From: Armatimonadota bacterium
GTDB lineage: Bacteria > Armatimonadota > UBA10988
DNA: 29,926 bases
Reading direction: 5' to 3'
Assembly: GCA_016235455.1 (NCBI GenBank)
Contig: JACRKZ010000064.1
Location: 1 to 29,926 of the forward strand
Position 1 is the stretch's first letter. Each line of letters starts with the position of its first letter. The notes under the pieces are model-generated. The model saw only the letters and a program-made list of their open reading frames with translations, did no database searches and was not told the DNA's origin. The translations under genes and the position numbers were made by a program. Shown here piece by piece: positions 1 through 11,622 of the stretch.

Positions 1-1
1 A

Positions 2-148
2 GGTGTGGAGATGGTGATGCCGGGTGACAACATCACCATCACCGGAACGCTGCACGTGCCGATCGCCATGGAAGAGGGCCTGCGTTTCGCCATCCGCGAG
101 GGTGGTAGCACGGTCGCTTCGGGCGTCGTCACGAAGATCATTGAATAG
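2..148 (+). CDS. tuf: Elongation factor Tu, 3' end (partial)
   Basis: Frame from 2 reads [48 protein letters not shown], the EF-Tu C-terminus; precedes rpmG-tRNA-Trp-secE. Confidence 0.97.
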   Translation, partial: GVEMVMPGDNITITGTLHVPIAMEEGLRFAIREGGSTVASGVVTKIIE

Positions 149-213
149 GCGGTCCCCCGCCAGCCGGTGGCGGGGCCGTTGGTCCCGCCACCGAACAGAA
201 AAGGTAGAGTGCC

Positions 214-405
214 GTGGGTTCGAAAGGCAAGGACGTCCGGTTGAACGTGACCTTGGAGTGCACGGAGTGCCGTGCCGCCAAGGATCGCCCGGGCGTATGG
301 CGGTACACGACGAGCAAGAACCGGCGCAATACGAGCGGCCGCTTGGAGCTCAAGAAGTACTGCAAGTACTGCAAGAAGCACACCGCCTTCCGCGAAACGC
401 GCTAG
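214..405 (+). CDS. rpmG: 50S ribosomal protein L33 (Zn-ribbon, long form)
   Basis: LECTEC...[32 protein letters not shown]; canonical position between tuf and secE. Confidence 0.96.
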   Translation: MGSKGKDVRLNVTLECTECRAAKDRPGVWRYTTSKNRRNTSGRLELKKYCKYCKKHTAFRETR

Positions 406-475
406 GTCTTGTGCAGGGGACGCCAACTGCGGTATCCTCTTGGTGCACAGCCGGGGCGAGCAATCGCCTCCTCAT

Positions 476-548
476 AGGCCCGTGGCTCAATTGGTAGAGC
501 GCTGGTCTCCAAAACCAGATGTTGTCGGTTCGAGTCCGGCCGGGCCTG
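476..548 (+). tRNA. tRNA-Trp(CCA), 3' CCA end not encoded
   Basis: Acceptor AGGCCCG/CGGGCCT, D arm GCTC-AATTGGTA-GAGC, anticodon arm CTGGT-CTCCAAA-ACCAG (CCA at 509-511), T loop TTCGAGT; discriminator G followed by TTT. Confidence 0.97.
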
Positions 549-612
549 TTTCCTATTCATCGTCCGATGGGCGAAGCGTGCCTCCTTGATGGGGCGGCTG
601 CGAGTAACAACA

Positions 613-840
613 ATGAGCAAGGCAGTTGAGTCCAGGGCGGCTGTGCAGGCCTTCAAGAAGCCGGGCCTCTTCCTCAAGGAAGTCGGCCTCGAGCTGAAGA
701 AGGTCAAGTGGCCGACATGGGCCGATGTCCGGCAGCTGACGGCGGTCGTCCTGATGACGTTGGTCGGCGTCGGCGTGTACGTCGCTTTGCTCGAGCTGGT
801 TATCTCGAAATTGTTTGCCCTTATCGGCATCTTCAAGTAG
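613..840 (+). CDS. secE: Preprotein translocase subunit SecE
   Basis: FLKEVGLELKKVKWPT motif plus one TM helix; between tRNA-Trp and nusG; start at ATG 613 is preferred but uncertain. Confidence 0.93.
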   Translation: MSKAVESRAAVQAFKKPGLFLKEVGLELKKVKWPTWADVRQLTAVVLMTLVGVGVYVALLELVISKLFALIGIFK

Positions 841-858
841 CGTGCCACGGAGACTGCA

Positions 859-1380
859 ATGAGGCATCAGTGGTACGCGCTGCACACCTTCACCGGTCAC
901 GAGAAGAAGGTCAAATCGATGATCGAGCGCCTGGCTTTGGCGGCCGGCCTCGAGGGCGATTTCACCGATATCTTCGTGCCGGAGGAGGAAGAAGTCTCCA
1001 GCGCGGGCGGCAAGAAGCGCATCATCAAGCGCAAGCTGTTCCCCGGCTACATCTTCGTGTGCATGGAGATCAACGAGGACACGCGTAACGTCATTCGTCG
1101 AGCGGCGGGGCAAAACACCTTCGCCAGCGGCGATCCCACGCCGCTCAGCGGCGAGGAAGTTCGCAACCTGCTCAAGATTCGCGAGCAACCCGAGGACGTG
1201 CAGACCAGCGCCTACAGCGAAGGCGAAGTGGTCCGTATCGTCAGCGGCCCGTTCGCGGAGTTCGCGGGCCGCATCGTGGAGGTCAACCTGAACCGCGAGA
1301 CGGTCAAGGTGATGATCAACATTTTCGGGCGCGACACCCCGGTGGAATTGAAGTTCACCGAGGTCGAGCGCGAGGAGTAA
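859..1380 (+). CDS. nusG: Transcription termination/antitermination factor NusG
   Basis: WYALHTFTGHEKKV, LFPGYIFV, KOW motif VRIVSGPFAEFAG, IFGRDTPVEL. Confidence 0.97.
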   Translation: MRHQWYALHTFTGHEKKVKSMIERLALAAGLEGDFTDIFVPEEEEVSSAGGKKRIIKRKLFPGYIFVCMEINEDTRNVIRRAAGQNTFASGDPTPLSGEEVRNLLKIREQPEDVQTSAYSEGEVVRIVSGPFAEFAGRIVEVNLNRETVKVMINIFGRDTPVELKFTEVEREE

Positions 1381-1386
1381 TAGACC

Positions 1387-1818
1387 GTGGCCAAGAAGAT
1401 CCTGGCGCAGGTGACTATCCAGATTCCGGCCGGCCGGGCTGTTCCTGGTCCACCCGTGGGTCCGGCGCTGGGTGCCTATGGCATCAACCTGCCGATCTTT
1501 ATCAAGCAGTACAACGAGCAGTCGGTCAAGCTGTATGACGCTGGTACCGTCGTCCCCGCCAAGGTGACGATCTTCGGCGACCGCAGCTTCACCTTCGAGC
1601 TCAAGACGCCGCCCGCCGGTGTGCTCGTGGCTCAGGCCATTGGCGTCGCCAAGGGTTCGGCCAACGCCAAGACGGAGAAGGTCGGCACGATTACGCGCGA
1701 CCAACTCCGCAAGGTGGCCGAGATCAAGCTGCCTGATTTGAACACTGACGACGTCGACGCCGCCATGCGCATCATCGAGGGCACCTGCCGTCAGATGGGC
1801 GTGACCGTCGCCGACTGA
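1387..1818 (+). CDS. rplK: 50S ribosomal protein L11
   Basis: IPAGRAVPGPPVGPALG, SFTFELKTPP, IIEGTCRQMGV. Confidence 0.98.
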   Translation: MAKKILAQVTIQIPAGRAVPGPPVGPALGAYGINLPIFIKQYNEQSVKLYDAGTVVPAKVTIFGDRSFTFELKTPPAGVLVAQAIGVAKGSANAKTEKVGTITRDQLRKVAEIKLPDLNTDDVDAAMRIIEGTCRQMGVTVAD

Positions 1819-1947
1819 GCACCTACCCGCTTCCGGAGCCGGGCGCGAGCACAACTCGCGACCGGTGCTGGTACGGAGTGAACAACAGCTGCGGTGCGCC
1901 GCGGTTGTGACGGCCCTGATGGTTGGGGCCGGCGGGAGTAGAGAGAC

Positions 1948-2649
1948 ATGCCGAAGCATAGCCGACGATACAACGACATCGTCAAGGGGCTGGAGCGCGG
2001 CGGCCCGATCACCGTGGCCGAGGCGCTGGCCAAGGTCAAGGAAACCGCCAAGGCCAAGTTCGACGAAGCCGTGGACCTGTCCATCAAGCTGGGTATCGAC
2101 CCACGCCAGAGCACGCAGAACGTGCGTGGCACCGTGGTCCTGCCGCACGGCACGGGCCGCACGGTGAAGCTGGCCGTGGTGGCCGACGGCGCCGATGCCG
2201 ACGCCGCCCGCGAGGCGGGCGCGGACGAGGTCGGTGGCGAGGACCTGGTCAAGAAGATCGAAGAGGGCTGGGCGGACTTTGACGTGCTGTGCGCCACCCC
2301 GTCGATGATGCGAGTGCTGGGTCGCCTGGGCCGCAAGCTCGGTCCGCGCATGCCCAACGCCAAGGCCGGCACCGTCGGTCCCGACATCGCCAAGATCGTC
2401 GCCGAGCTCAAGGCCGGTAAGATCCAGTACCGCAGCGACGCGCGCGGTGGTGTCATCCACTGCTCCATTGGCAAGACGTCGTTCACGGTCGAGCAGTTGA
2501 CCGAGAACTTCGCCGCGCTGATGGGCGCTGTGCTGCGCGCCAAGCCGGAAGGCGTCAAGGGCCAGTACCTGCGCCGCATGCACCTCTCGGCCACGATGGG
2601 GCCGAGCTTCCAGGTGGATCAGGCGGACGCCGCGGCTCTGGCGAGCTAA
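1948..2649 (+). CDS. rplA: 50S ribosomal protein L1
   Basis: AKFDEAVD, LGIDPRQSTQNVRGTVVLPHGTG, LSATMGP. Confidence 0.98.
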   Translation: MPKHSRRYNDIVKGLERGGPITVAEALAKVKETAKAKFDEAVDLSIKLGIDPRQSTQNVRGTVVLPHGTGRTVKLAVVADGADADAAREAGADEVGGEDLVKKIEEGWADFDVLCATPSMMRVLGRLGRKLGPRMPNAKAGTVGPDIAKIVAELKAGKIQYRSDARGGVIHCSIGKTSFTVEQLTENFAALMGAVLRAKPEGVKGQYLRRMHLSATMGPSFQVDQADAAALAS

Positions 2650-2729
2650 GCGCGCCGCGCCGGCACAACTGAGGATAGCCTCTGCGTGTAAGCAGTTTGA
2701 CGGTGGAGCGCAAGCCCCACCGCGGTGTA

Positions 2730-2806
2730 CCCGAGACGACAGGTCTCCCTTGGCGAAGCAAGGCTTCGTGCCGGAGACAATGCCCCCCTGGGGCGCCTGT
2801 CCAGGT
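2730..2806 (+). promoter_or_regulatory. Putative L10 leader (rplJL autoregulatory RNA)
   Basis: Upstream of rplJ: CCCGAGACGACAGG ... CCTGTCCAGG pairing resembles the L10-leader core (CCGAAGACAGCAGG...CCTGCCGAGG), enclosing TCTCC/GGAGA and GCCCC/GGGGC stems. Confidence 0.7.
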
Positions 2807-2903
2807 TCACAAGGTTCCGACGCGGCCAACGTGCCGTGCGGGCGTGGCCGCCGACAGTCTCGGGTGAGACTCTCGGCGGCCATTTTGCTAAGAGGAGGTG
2901 CTC

Positions 2904-3455
2904 ATGCCCACCTCACGGGCCAAGAAAGAAGTGGCGGTAGCGACCCTTACGGAGCGCTTCAGCCAATGCCAGTCGGCGGTCTTCGTCGACTTCGGCGGGC
3001 TTTCGGTGGCCGAGATGCAGGGCATCCGCAAGGAGCTGCGGGCGGTTGGTTCGGACATGCTTGTCGCGAAGAACCGACTGATCCTGCTGGCGCTTGCGGC
3101 CAATGACTTGCCGCTCGTGTCCGCCGATGGCCAAGACCACACCGCTGCCTTGTGCAAGGGCCTGACGGCAGTGGCGTTCGGGTACGACGTGCCCGGCGCC
3201 GCGGCCGAAGTGCTCATCAAGCTCGCCAAAACGAACGACAAGATCAAGTTCAAGGGCGGCTTCTACGGCACACAGCCGGTGACTGGCAAAGCCGGTGTCG
3301 AGCGCATCGCGAAGATGCGGTCCAAGATCGACGCGTTGGCTGACGTGGTGCGGATTCTCAAGGGCGCGCCGAGCCGGATTCGGCTCATCGCTTCGGCGGC
3401 GCCGCTCAAGGTTAAGGCTCTCAAGCAGGTGCTCGAGGCCAACGACGCTGCCTGA
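2904..3455 (+). CDS. rplJ: 50S ribosomal protein L10
   Basis: SD AGGAGGT then ATG 2904; [21 protein letters not shown]...VAKNRL, KFKGG. Confidence 0.95.
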   Translation: MPTSRAKKEVAVATLTERFSQCQSAVFVDFGGLSVAEMQGIRKELRAVGSDMLVAKNRLILLALAANDLPLVSADGQDHTAALCKGLTAVAFGYDVPGAAAEVLIKLAKTNDKIKFKGGFYGTQPVTGKAGVERIAKMRSKIDALADVVRILKGAPSRIRLIASAAPLKVKALKQVLEANDAA

Positions 3456-3493
3456 TCACAGGCAGACCAGACGATAGTTCAGAGGAGAGACCC

Positions 3494-3883
3494 ATGGCGG
3501 TTGATCAGATCATTGAAGCCCTGAAGGCCTTGACCCTGGCGGAAGCCGAGGAACTGGTTGAGAAGCTGATCGAGGCGTTCCCCAAGCTGGCCGAAATGCC
3601 GGTTGGCGGCGCCGTGATGATGGCCGGCCCCGGCGGCGGCGACGCCCCGGTGGTCGAAGAAGAGCCCACCGAGTTCAACCTCATCCTGACCGACATCGGC
3701 GACCAGAAGGTCCAGGTCATCAAGGCCGTCCGCGAACTGACGAGCCTCGGCCTCAAGGAGGCCAAGGACGCCGTCGAGGCCGCCCCGTTCACCGTGCTCG
3801 ACGCCGTGGACAAGGCTGCCGCCGAAGCGGGCAAGAAGAAGCTGGAAGAGTCCGGCGCGAAGGCTGAGATCAAGCCGGCCTGA
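3494..3883 (+). CDS. rplL: 50S ribosomal protein L7/L12
   Basis: [35 protein letters not shown]; SD AGGAG. Confidence 0.98.
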   Translation: MAVDQIIEALKALTLAEAEELVEKLIEAFPKLAEMPVGGAVMMAGPGGGDAPVVEEEPTEFNLILTDIGDQKVQVIKAVRELTSLGLKEAKDAVEAAPFTVLDAVDKAAAEAGKKKLEESGAKAEIKPA

Positions 3884-3904
3884 TCGCTTCTTGCGACCTG
3901 AGTG

Positions 3905-3938
3905 CAAGCGCCGAGCGACCGCGGTCGCTCGGCGCTTG
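3905..3938. terminator. Perfect 34-bp palindrome between convergent genes (probable bidirectional terminator)
   Basis: CAAGCGCCGAGCGACCG|CGGTCGCTCGGCGCTTG; no strong U tract. Confidence 0.7.
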
Positions 3939-3939
3939 G

Positions 3940-4674
3940 CTATTTGGGGCGCCGTTGAGCGCACACCACCAGGCTCCCCGCGCCGCGGTAGCGCCGCCGC
4001 CGGTCGTAGCCTGCATAGCAGCGCACGCCGCACCAGGCGCCGTGCGTGGCCAGCAGCCGCTGCACCCCTGCGGCCGACAGCCGGCGCTGCCGCTCCGTGG
4101 TGGTCAGCAGTTGGTCACCAGACCCCGGGCGCACTAGCGTCAGGTCCCATTCGAAGACGTCCTCGTCGACCAACCGGCTGGGTCCGGCGATGACCTCCAT
4201 CTCTCCCTCCGGCAGCGCTACCTGCCAGGTGTCCACCTCGCCGCGGGCCGCGTCGTCCGGGGCGAGCTCGGCGACCAGCAGCCCGCCGGGCACCAGATTG
4301 GCCGCGACGCACTCCAGCGCCGCCAGCCAGGCCGCATCGTCCAGCAGGTAGGCCAAGCCGCTCAGGGGGCACAGCGCCAGGTCCACGGGGCTGGCCAGCG
4401 TGAAGGCTTCGAGGCCCGCGAGTTGGACTTCCATGGCCGGTTCGACGGCAGCCAGCCAGGCGGCCGCCTGCGGATTGTGTTCCACTGCGGCGGTGCGCAG
4501 GCCACGGCGCAGCAGTTCGCGGCCGTGCAAGGCCGGCCCGGCGGCCAGCTCCACGGCTGACGTCGCGGGCCGGCCCAGGCCGGCCTCGACCAAGGCCAGG
4601 GCGAACTCGATCTCGGCGGGTACATCGCGAAACCCGTAGGCGGCGGCGTAGTAGGCGGGATGATCGTAGACCAT
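3940..4674 (-). CDS. Class I SAM-dependent methyltransferase
   Basis: VELAAGPALHG (motif I-like), AAVE, VDLALCPLSGLAYL, NLVPGGLLV. Confidence 0.8.
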   Translation of the reverse strand: MVYDHPAYYAAAYGFRDVPAEIEFALALVEAGLGRPATSAVELAAGPALHGRELLRRGLRTAAVEHNPQAAAWLAAVEPAMEVQLAGLEAFTLASPVDLALCPLSGLAYLLDDAAWLAALECVAANLVPGGLLVAELAPDDAARGEVDTWQVALPEGEMEVIAGPSRLVDEDVFEWDLTLVRPGSGDQLLTTTERQRRLSAAGVQRLLATHGAWCGVRCYAGYDRRRRYRGAGSLVVCAQRRPK

Positions 4675-4701
4675 GCCCTAGGGGTACCACAGATCGTCCC
4701 C

Positions 4702-4737
4702 AAAAGGGAAAGCCCGGCGCCACAGCGGCGCCGGGCT
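4702..4737 (-). terminator. Intrinsic terminator after pilin-like gene 1
   Basis: 11-bp stem AGCCCGGCGCC/GGCGCCGGGCT followed on the minus strand by TTCCCTTTT. Confidence 0.7.
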
Positions 4738-4761
4738 CTCTGGCTGGGCACGCGACGAGGA

Positions 4762-5445
<684 letters not shown>

Positions 5446-5460
5446 CGGTCTCTCCTTCCA

Positions 5461-5552
5461 CCGACCGAACGTCGGTCACCGTACTATGCCCTTCACTATG
5501 GGCGCGGCGCCGACCGACGGCATGAACGAAACATTACGATGCGATAGTATCG
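5461..5552 (-). promoter_or_regulatory. Conserved promoter/5'-UTR module, copy 1
   Basis: TACTAT (-10-like) at 5549-5544 and CCGAC-N5-GTCGG at 5461-5475; same spacing as copies 2 and 3. Confidence 0.7.
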
Positions 5553-5644
5553 TGAGGCTCTACGGCGGGGCGCCGGACGACACGCGCCGCGGCCACCGCG
5601 TGCCGGTCGATGGCCGGTGCGCTACGGGGCGGTGAGGTGTCAGG

Positions 5645-5684
5645 AAAGCGCAAGCCCGGCGCCGCGGGGCGTCGGGCTTGCGCT
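5645..5684 (-). terminator. Terminator hairpin after pilin-like gene 2
   Basis: AGCGCAAGCCCGGCGCC/GGCGTCGGGCTTGCGCT stem, related to the 4711-4737 hairpin. Confidence 0.65.
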
Positions 5685-5701
5685 GAGTGTGCACACCAGG
5701 C

Positions 5702-6379
5702 TCAGAATGGGCACTGGCAGTTATCGGGGTTGGTGCCACTGAACGTCCAGCAGTTGTAGGGCTGGAAGGTGCTGGACCACTTCTGGATCTTGACGTGGCC
5801 GTCAATGTACAGGAAGTTGGCCATCTCATTGTGGCCCCGGAAGGCATCCCATTGCGCGTTGCCGGCATACATGTCCGGGTTCCACCAGGCGTTGGTCTCG
5901 ATCGCTTGCAGGCTCTGCGCAGGCGAGGTCACGGACGCCAGGGCGACGCTGCCGTTGTCCCACTGCAGGCTGGCGCTGGTCCACCAGTAGTAGGTCGGCC
6001 AGGAGTAGTGATGCAAGATGCCGCCTGAGCGGCCACCGGCCTGGCCGCTGGTGTCGGTGGCGGTGTTCGACGGGCAGCCCAGGATCTGCTTGCTCTTCAG
6101 GTAGGGCTGGACCTGGACGCGCCAGTCGATGCACTCCACCGCGTTGCCGTTCAGCGCGTTGGGCGCGTCGTAACCGCGGCACATCGGCATGCGCTCGTCA
6201 TAGTCCTGACAGTACTGGACGATGCCCAGGCCAAGCTGCTTGAGGTTGCTGGCGCAACTGGAAGTGCGGGCCTTCTCGCGGGCCTTGGCGAAGACCGGGA
6301 AGAGGATGGCCGCCAGAATGGCGATGATCGCGATCACCACCAGCAGTTCGATGAGTGTGAAGGCTCTCTTGCGCGACAT
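5702..6379 (-). CDS. Prepilin-type / DUF1559 / H-X9-DG protein (copy 2, close paralog of copy 1)
   Basis: MSRKRA|FTLIELL..., [10 protein letters not shown] shared with copy 1, [13 protein letters not shown]. Confidence 0.93.
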   Translation of the reverse strand: MSRKRAFTLIELLVVIAIIAILAAILFPVFAKAREKARTSSCASNLKQLGLGIVQYCQDYDERMPMCRGYDAPNALNGNAVECIDWRVQVQPYLKSKQILGCPSNTATDTSGQAGGRSGGILHHYSWPTYYWWTSASLQWDNGSVALASVTSPAQSLQAIETNAWWNPDMYAGNAQWDAFRGHNEMANFLYIDGHVKIQKWSSTFQPYNCWTFSGTNPDNCQCPF

Positions 6380-6394
6380 CGAAGTCTCCTTCTA

Positions 6395-6486
6395 CCGACT
6401 CGGGGTCGGTTGAACGGATTCTTCCCTCTTCTGCCGCGCAGCCCTTGTCCAACAAGCAAACGAAGTATTACGGCGTGATAGTAGCG
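6395..6486 (-). promoter_or_regulatory. Conserved promoter/5'-UTR module, copy 2
   Basis: TACTAT at 6483-6478; CCGAC-N5-GTCGG at 6395-6409. Confidence 0.7.
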
Positions 6487-6546
6487 GTTTGAGAAACTGA
6501 GACGCGCAGAGAGAAACTGGCGGAGCCGATCGGCGCGCCGGGAGCC

Positions 6547-6577
6547 GAAAGCCCCAGCCACCTGGGGCTGGGGCTTC
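6547..6577 (-). terminator. Terminator hairpin after pilin-like gene 3
   Basis: AAGCCCCAGCC/GGCTGGGGCTT stem. Confidence 0.6.
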
Positions 6578-6601
6578 TGGGTTGAGCCAGGCGGCGAGCG
6601 G

Positions 6602-7303
6602 CTACTGGTAGGTAATCACGCAGGGCCTGCCATAGTTGGCGTTGGTGTTGGCTACGTTGGTGATCTGCTCCCAGGTCAGCGACTTCCAGTTGGCCGGTTT
6701 GACATGGCCATCGACGAACAGGCAGTTGTTGTTCTCCATGTGCCAGCAGGTCGCCTTGCGGTCGCCGGACAGGTACCAGGCGATGTCGCGCTGGCCGATG
6801 CCGTTGCCGGCGCTGGGATAGCCGTCGCCCCAGGAGTTGTCGCTGTCCCACATGGCGACCAGGCGTGACGTGCCGACCGGCTCGGAGACGTCCGACTCCT
6901 TGACAGCGGTGCCGTTGCCCAGCAGGTAGTAGTTGTAGCAGTAGCTGACGTTCTTGCCGGTCCGCCAGTCTACCCACCAGCCGTTGTTGCGGGACGGGCA
7001 TTGCCAGATCTGCGAGTTCTTAATGTAGGGGAAGAGGGGATTGCTGATCCAGCCGCCCCAGCCGGCATTGACCTGCGTGTTGCCGGGCCAGCCGCCTTCC
7101 TGGCAGACCGGGTAGGCGCTGTCGTAGTCCTGCATGTACTGGTGGAGCGCCAAGCCGATCTGCTTGAGATTGGACTGACACGACGACTGCCGTGCTTTCT
7201 CTCGGGCCTTGGCGAAGACAGGGAACAGAATGGCCGCGAGGATCGCGATGATGGCGATCACGACCAGCAGTTCGATGAGCGTGAATGCTCTCTTACGGGA
7301 CAT
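6602..7303 (-). CDS. Prepilin-type / DUF1559 / H-X9-DG protein (copy 3)
   Basis: MSRKRA|FTLIELL..., [20 protein letters not shown]. Confidence 0.93.
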   Translation of the reverse strand: MSRKRAFTLIELLVVIAIIAILAAILFPVFAKAREKARQSSCQSNLKQIGLALHQYMQDYDSAYPVCQEGGWPGNTQVNAGWGGWISNPLFPYIKNSQIWQCPSRNNGWWVDWRTGKNVSYCYNYYLLGNGTAVKESDVSEPVGTSRLVAMWDSDNSWGDGYPSAGNGIGQRDIAWYLSGDRKATCWHMENNNCLFVDGHVKPANWKSLTWEQITNVANTNANYGRPCVITYQ

Positions 7304-7318
7304 CGGGATCTCCTTGCG

Positions 7319-7410
7319 CCGACTCTGTGTCGGGCGCCAAGGTATTCCCCGGCTCAGGCGCCCAGCCCTTGTTCCTCAGGCAAACAAAGTGTGACAGTGC
7401 GATAGTATCG
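7319..7410 (-). promoter_or_regulatory. Conserved promoter/5'-UTR module, copy 3
   Basis: TACTAT at 7407-7402; CCGAC-N5-GTCGG at 7319-7333. Confidence 0.7.
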
Positions 7411-7468
7411 TCATGTGGAATATGGGCGCTTCGTGAGCAACTTGCCATCCGCGTTGGCGGGTAGGGAA

Positions 7469-7503
7469 CACGAAGTCCCAGCCTGCGCGGCTGGGGCTTC
7501 GTG
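7469..7503 (-). terminator. Terminator-like hairpin downstream of pilin-like gene 4
   Basis: CACGAAGTCCCAGCC/GGCTGGGGCTTCGTG stem, related to the 6549-6576 hairpin. Confidence 0.55.
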
Positions 7504-7674
7504 GCTGGGGATGGGGGTCAGTAGCTACGGGCAGGTGGCCGCGCCCGGATTGCCACGTAGGAGGGGCGTCGCGTGAACCGGCTGACGATGCACCGGGCGG
7601 TCGCCGGACCCCCACAAATGGCAGACACCGGCCGCGTCGCCGCAGCCGGTGTCTTCAAGGAACGGACGAACGTG

Positions 7675-8367
7675 CTAGTTGGGCGTATTGCCCTGCCAGC
7701 CGGTGCCGCCGTTGGCGTTGTCGAACAGGCAAGTCCAGAACGGCGTGTACTGTGAGGACCACTTGCCGATCTTGACGTGGCCGTCGATGTAGCCGAAGTT
7801 GGACATGCCGTTGTGGAGGGTGGCCATGTCGCCGTAGCTGCCCCAGTACAGGTCAGGACCAGGGCTGTTCCTGTCCTCGACCACAACCACCGTCGTGGCC
7901 GGCGAGACAACCGCCGCGACCGCTGAGCCGTTGCCCGTCGAATAGCTGAAGCCGTTGGTCTGGGCGCCGCCGCCGCTGGTGTACATGCGGTAGTGCTGCG
8001 AGATGCCGCCCGTGGCGTTGCCGGTCTCGGCCGTGGTGTAGATGCCCGTGGTGTTCGAGGGGCAGGTGAAGATCTGCGCGCTCTTGATGTACGGCTGAAT
8101 CGCCGCGCGCCAGTCGCACATCGTGATCTGGTTGCCCAGCCACGGGTTCGGCCACGTGTAGCCGCGGCACATCGGGAACTTCTCGTCATAGTCCTGGCAA
8201 TACTGGATGATGCCCAGCAGTTGCTGCTTCTCGTTGCTGGCGCACGACGATGTGCGGGCCTTCTCACGGGCCTTGGCAAAGACGGGGAACAGAATGGCGG
8301 CCAGGATGGCGATAATCGCGATCACGACCAGCAGTTCGATGAGCGTGAACGCCCCTCTACGACGCAT
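7675..8367 (-). CDS. Prepilin-type / DUF1559 / H-X9-DG protein (copy 4)
   Basis: SD AGGAG, then MRRRGA|FTLIELL... from ATG 8367; [13 protein letters not shown]. Confidence 0.92.
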   Translation of the reverse strand: MRRRGAFTLIELLVVIAIIAILAAILFPVFAKAREKARTSSCASNEKQQLLGIIQYCQDYDEKFPMCRGYTWPNPWLGNQITMCDWRAAIQPYIKSAQIFTCPSNTTGIYTTAETGNATGGISQHYRMYTSGGGAQTNGFSYSTGNGSAVAAVVSPATTVVVVEDRNSPGPDLYWGSYGDMATLHNGMSNFGYIDGHVKIGKWSSQYTPFWTCLFDNANGGTGWQGNTPN

Positions 8368-8379
8368 AACATCACTCCT

Positions 8380-8436
8380 GTCGCGATATGACATCGCGAC
8401 CATATTGTTATGCCATACAACAGTTGCATGTGTCAA
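8380..8436 (-). promoter_or_regulatory. Sigma70-like promoter with overlapping palindromes
   Basis: TTGACA at 8436-8431, 18 nt, then CATAAC preceded by TG; AT-rich; hairpin GTCGCGAT-N5-ATCGCGAC at 8380-8400 abutting the SD. Confidence 0.6.
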
Positions 8437-8495
8437 GGGATCAGGCGCAATACGGTGATCCGGCGCGCGCAGCAGCCACGGCGGGCCGGCGATGG

Positions 8496-9077
8496 CTAGT
8501 GAGTGGTGACGTTCTGCGAGCCGTACTTGGCCAGCAGGCCGCGCGCCTTGCTTTCGTCCACGCCGTTGGATGGCAGGGCCACCGCGAGGATGGCGCCACC
8601 TTGGCCCACTACCTCGTGGTAAGCGGCCACGGTCTCGGCGGGCACGCCTTGGTCCTTCATGTATCCGGTGGCTGCGCCCGCCAGCGCGCCCGCCGCCGTG
8701 GTGCCAGCGGCGCCGGCCAGAGCCATGGCCAGCGCGCCGCCGCCGAGCACCAGGCCGAAGCCTGGCACGATGAGCGCCGCCAACCCGACCACCAAGCCCA
8801 CCCCGAGCCCGACCTCGGCGCCCGGCAGTGCGGCGGCCTTGGCGTCGGCCACCGTGGTCACGGTGACGCCGTCCTTGGCGACTGCCTCGTCATGCCGGGC
8901 CTGCTCAACCTGGGTGAAACGGAAAGTGCTGGCCTCGCGGTAGCGCTCCAGATCCGTCTCGGTGCCGGCGCTGACCAGCGACACATCGCTCGAATCCATA
9001 CCGAAGTCGAGCAACGCGCCGGCGGCCTTCACGGCCTGATCCTTGTCGGCGAAGCCTGCGTAGAGGGTGGTGTGCAT
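8496..9077 (-). CDS. General-stress-type membrane protein (Gly/Ala-rich, YflT/17M-like)
   Basis: SD GAGGAG, ATG 9077; [21 protein letters not shown]...[20 protein letters not shown] glycine zipper, [23 protein letters not shown]. Confidence 0.6.
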   Translation of the reverse strand: MHTTLYAGFADKDQAVKAAGALLDFGMDSSDVSLVSAGTETDLERYREASTFRFTQVEQARHDEAVAKDGVTVTTVADAKAAALPGAEVGLGVGLVVGLAALIVPGFGLVLGGGALAMALAGAAGTTAAGALAGAATGYMKDQGVPAETVAAYHEVVGQGGAILAVALPSNGVDESKARGLLAKYGSQNVTTH

Positions 9078-9221
9078 CGAACAGCTCCTCTGCCTGCGCC
9101 ACGCCCCGAGGGACTGGGCAAGCCTTGTGCTGTCAGTGTGATGGCCGACGCGGCTCAGCACCATCGGGGCATGCCTGGGATATCGCGCGCGGATGGGCGC
9201 AGATCGCCTGGGGCGGCGTGC

Positions 9222-11306
<2,085 letters not shown>

Positions 11307-11550
11307 CGCTGGACCTCACATCGCCTGGGGGCCATGGCCCCAGAAGCACATTCTACGCGCAGAACACGTCTTGGCGGCCGAGCATGTTTGATGTCCCGGC
11401 TTGGGCCGGATGGCCAATTGGCGCGTCCGTGCGGATTGCCTCGGAGCCGGCCAAAGCCGAATGGCGATTCCCCACCCATGGTCGGCGCCGCCAGCGGTAT
11501 CCGCGCTGCCTGGCGGCGCGGAAGGGCGCGTTGGGATGGAGTAGCGGACA

Positions 11551-11622
11551 GCCCCTACCCCGGCGAGCGGGGAGGGAGCCAGTTCACCGTCACCCCGCTC
11601 GCGGGGGGACTCCAAGGGGGGC
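11551..11622. repeat. REP-like GC-rich palindromic element
   Basis: CCCCGGCGAGCGGGG (11558-11572) and CCCCGCTCGCGGGG (11593-11606); each self-pairs and the two are mutually inverted; intergenic. Confidence 0.55.

Noticed and set aside
409-438. Promoter TTGTGC-18-TATCCT before tRNA-Trp
   Set aside because: Plausible but a weak match; not supportable without TSS data
553-2883. 776-aa minus-strand ORF
   Set aside because: Antisense shadow of secE-nusG-rplK-rplA in high-GC DNA; no recognisable motifs
11341-11395. LexA/SOS box upstream of uvrB
   Set aside because: GAACACGTCTTG and CGAGCATGTTTG do not fit GAAC-N4-GTTC; only a TAGAAT -10-like box (11355-11350) is visible
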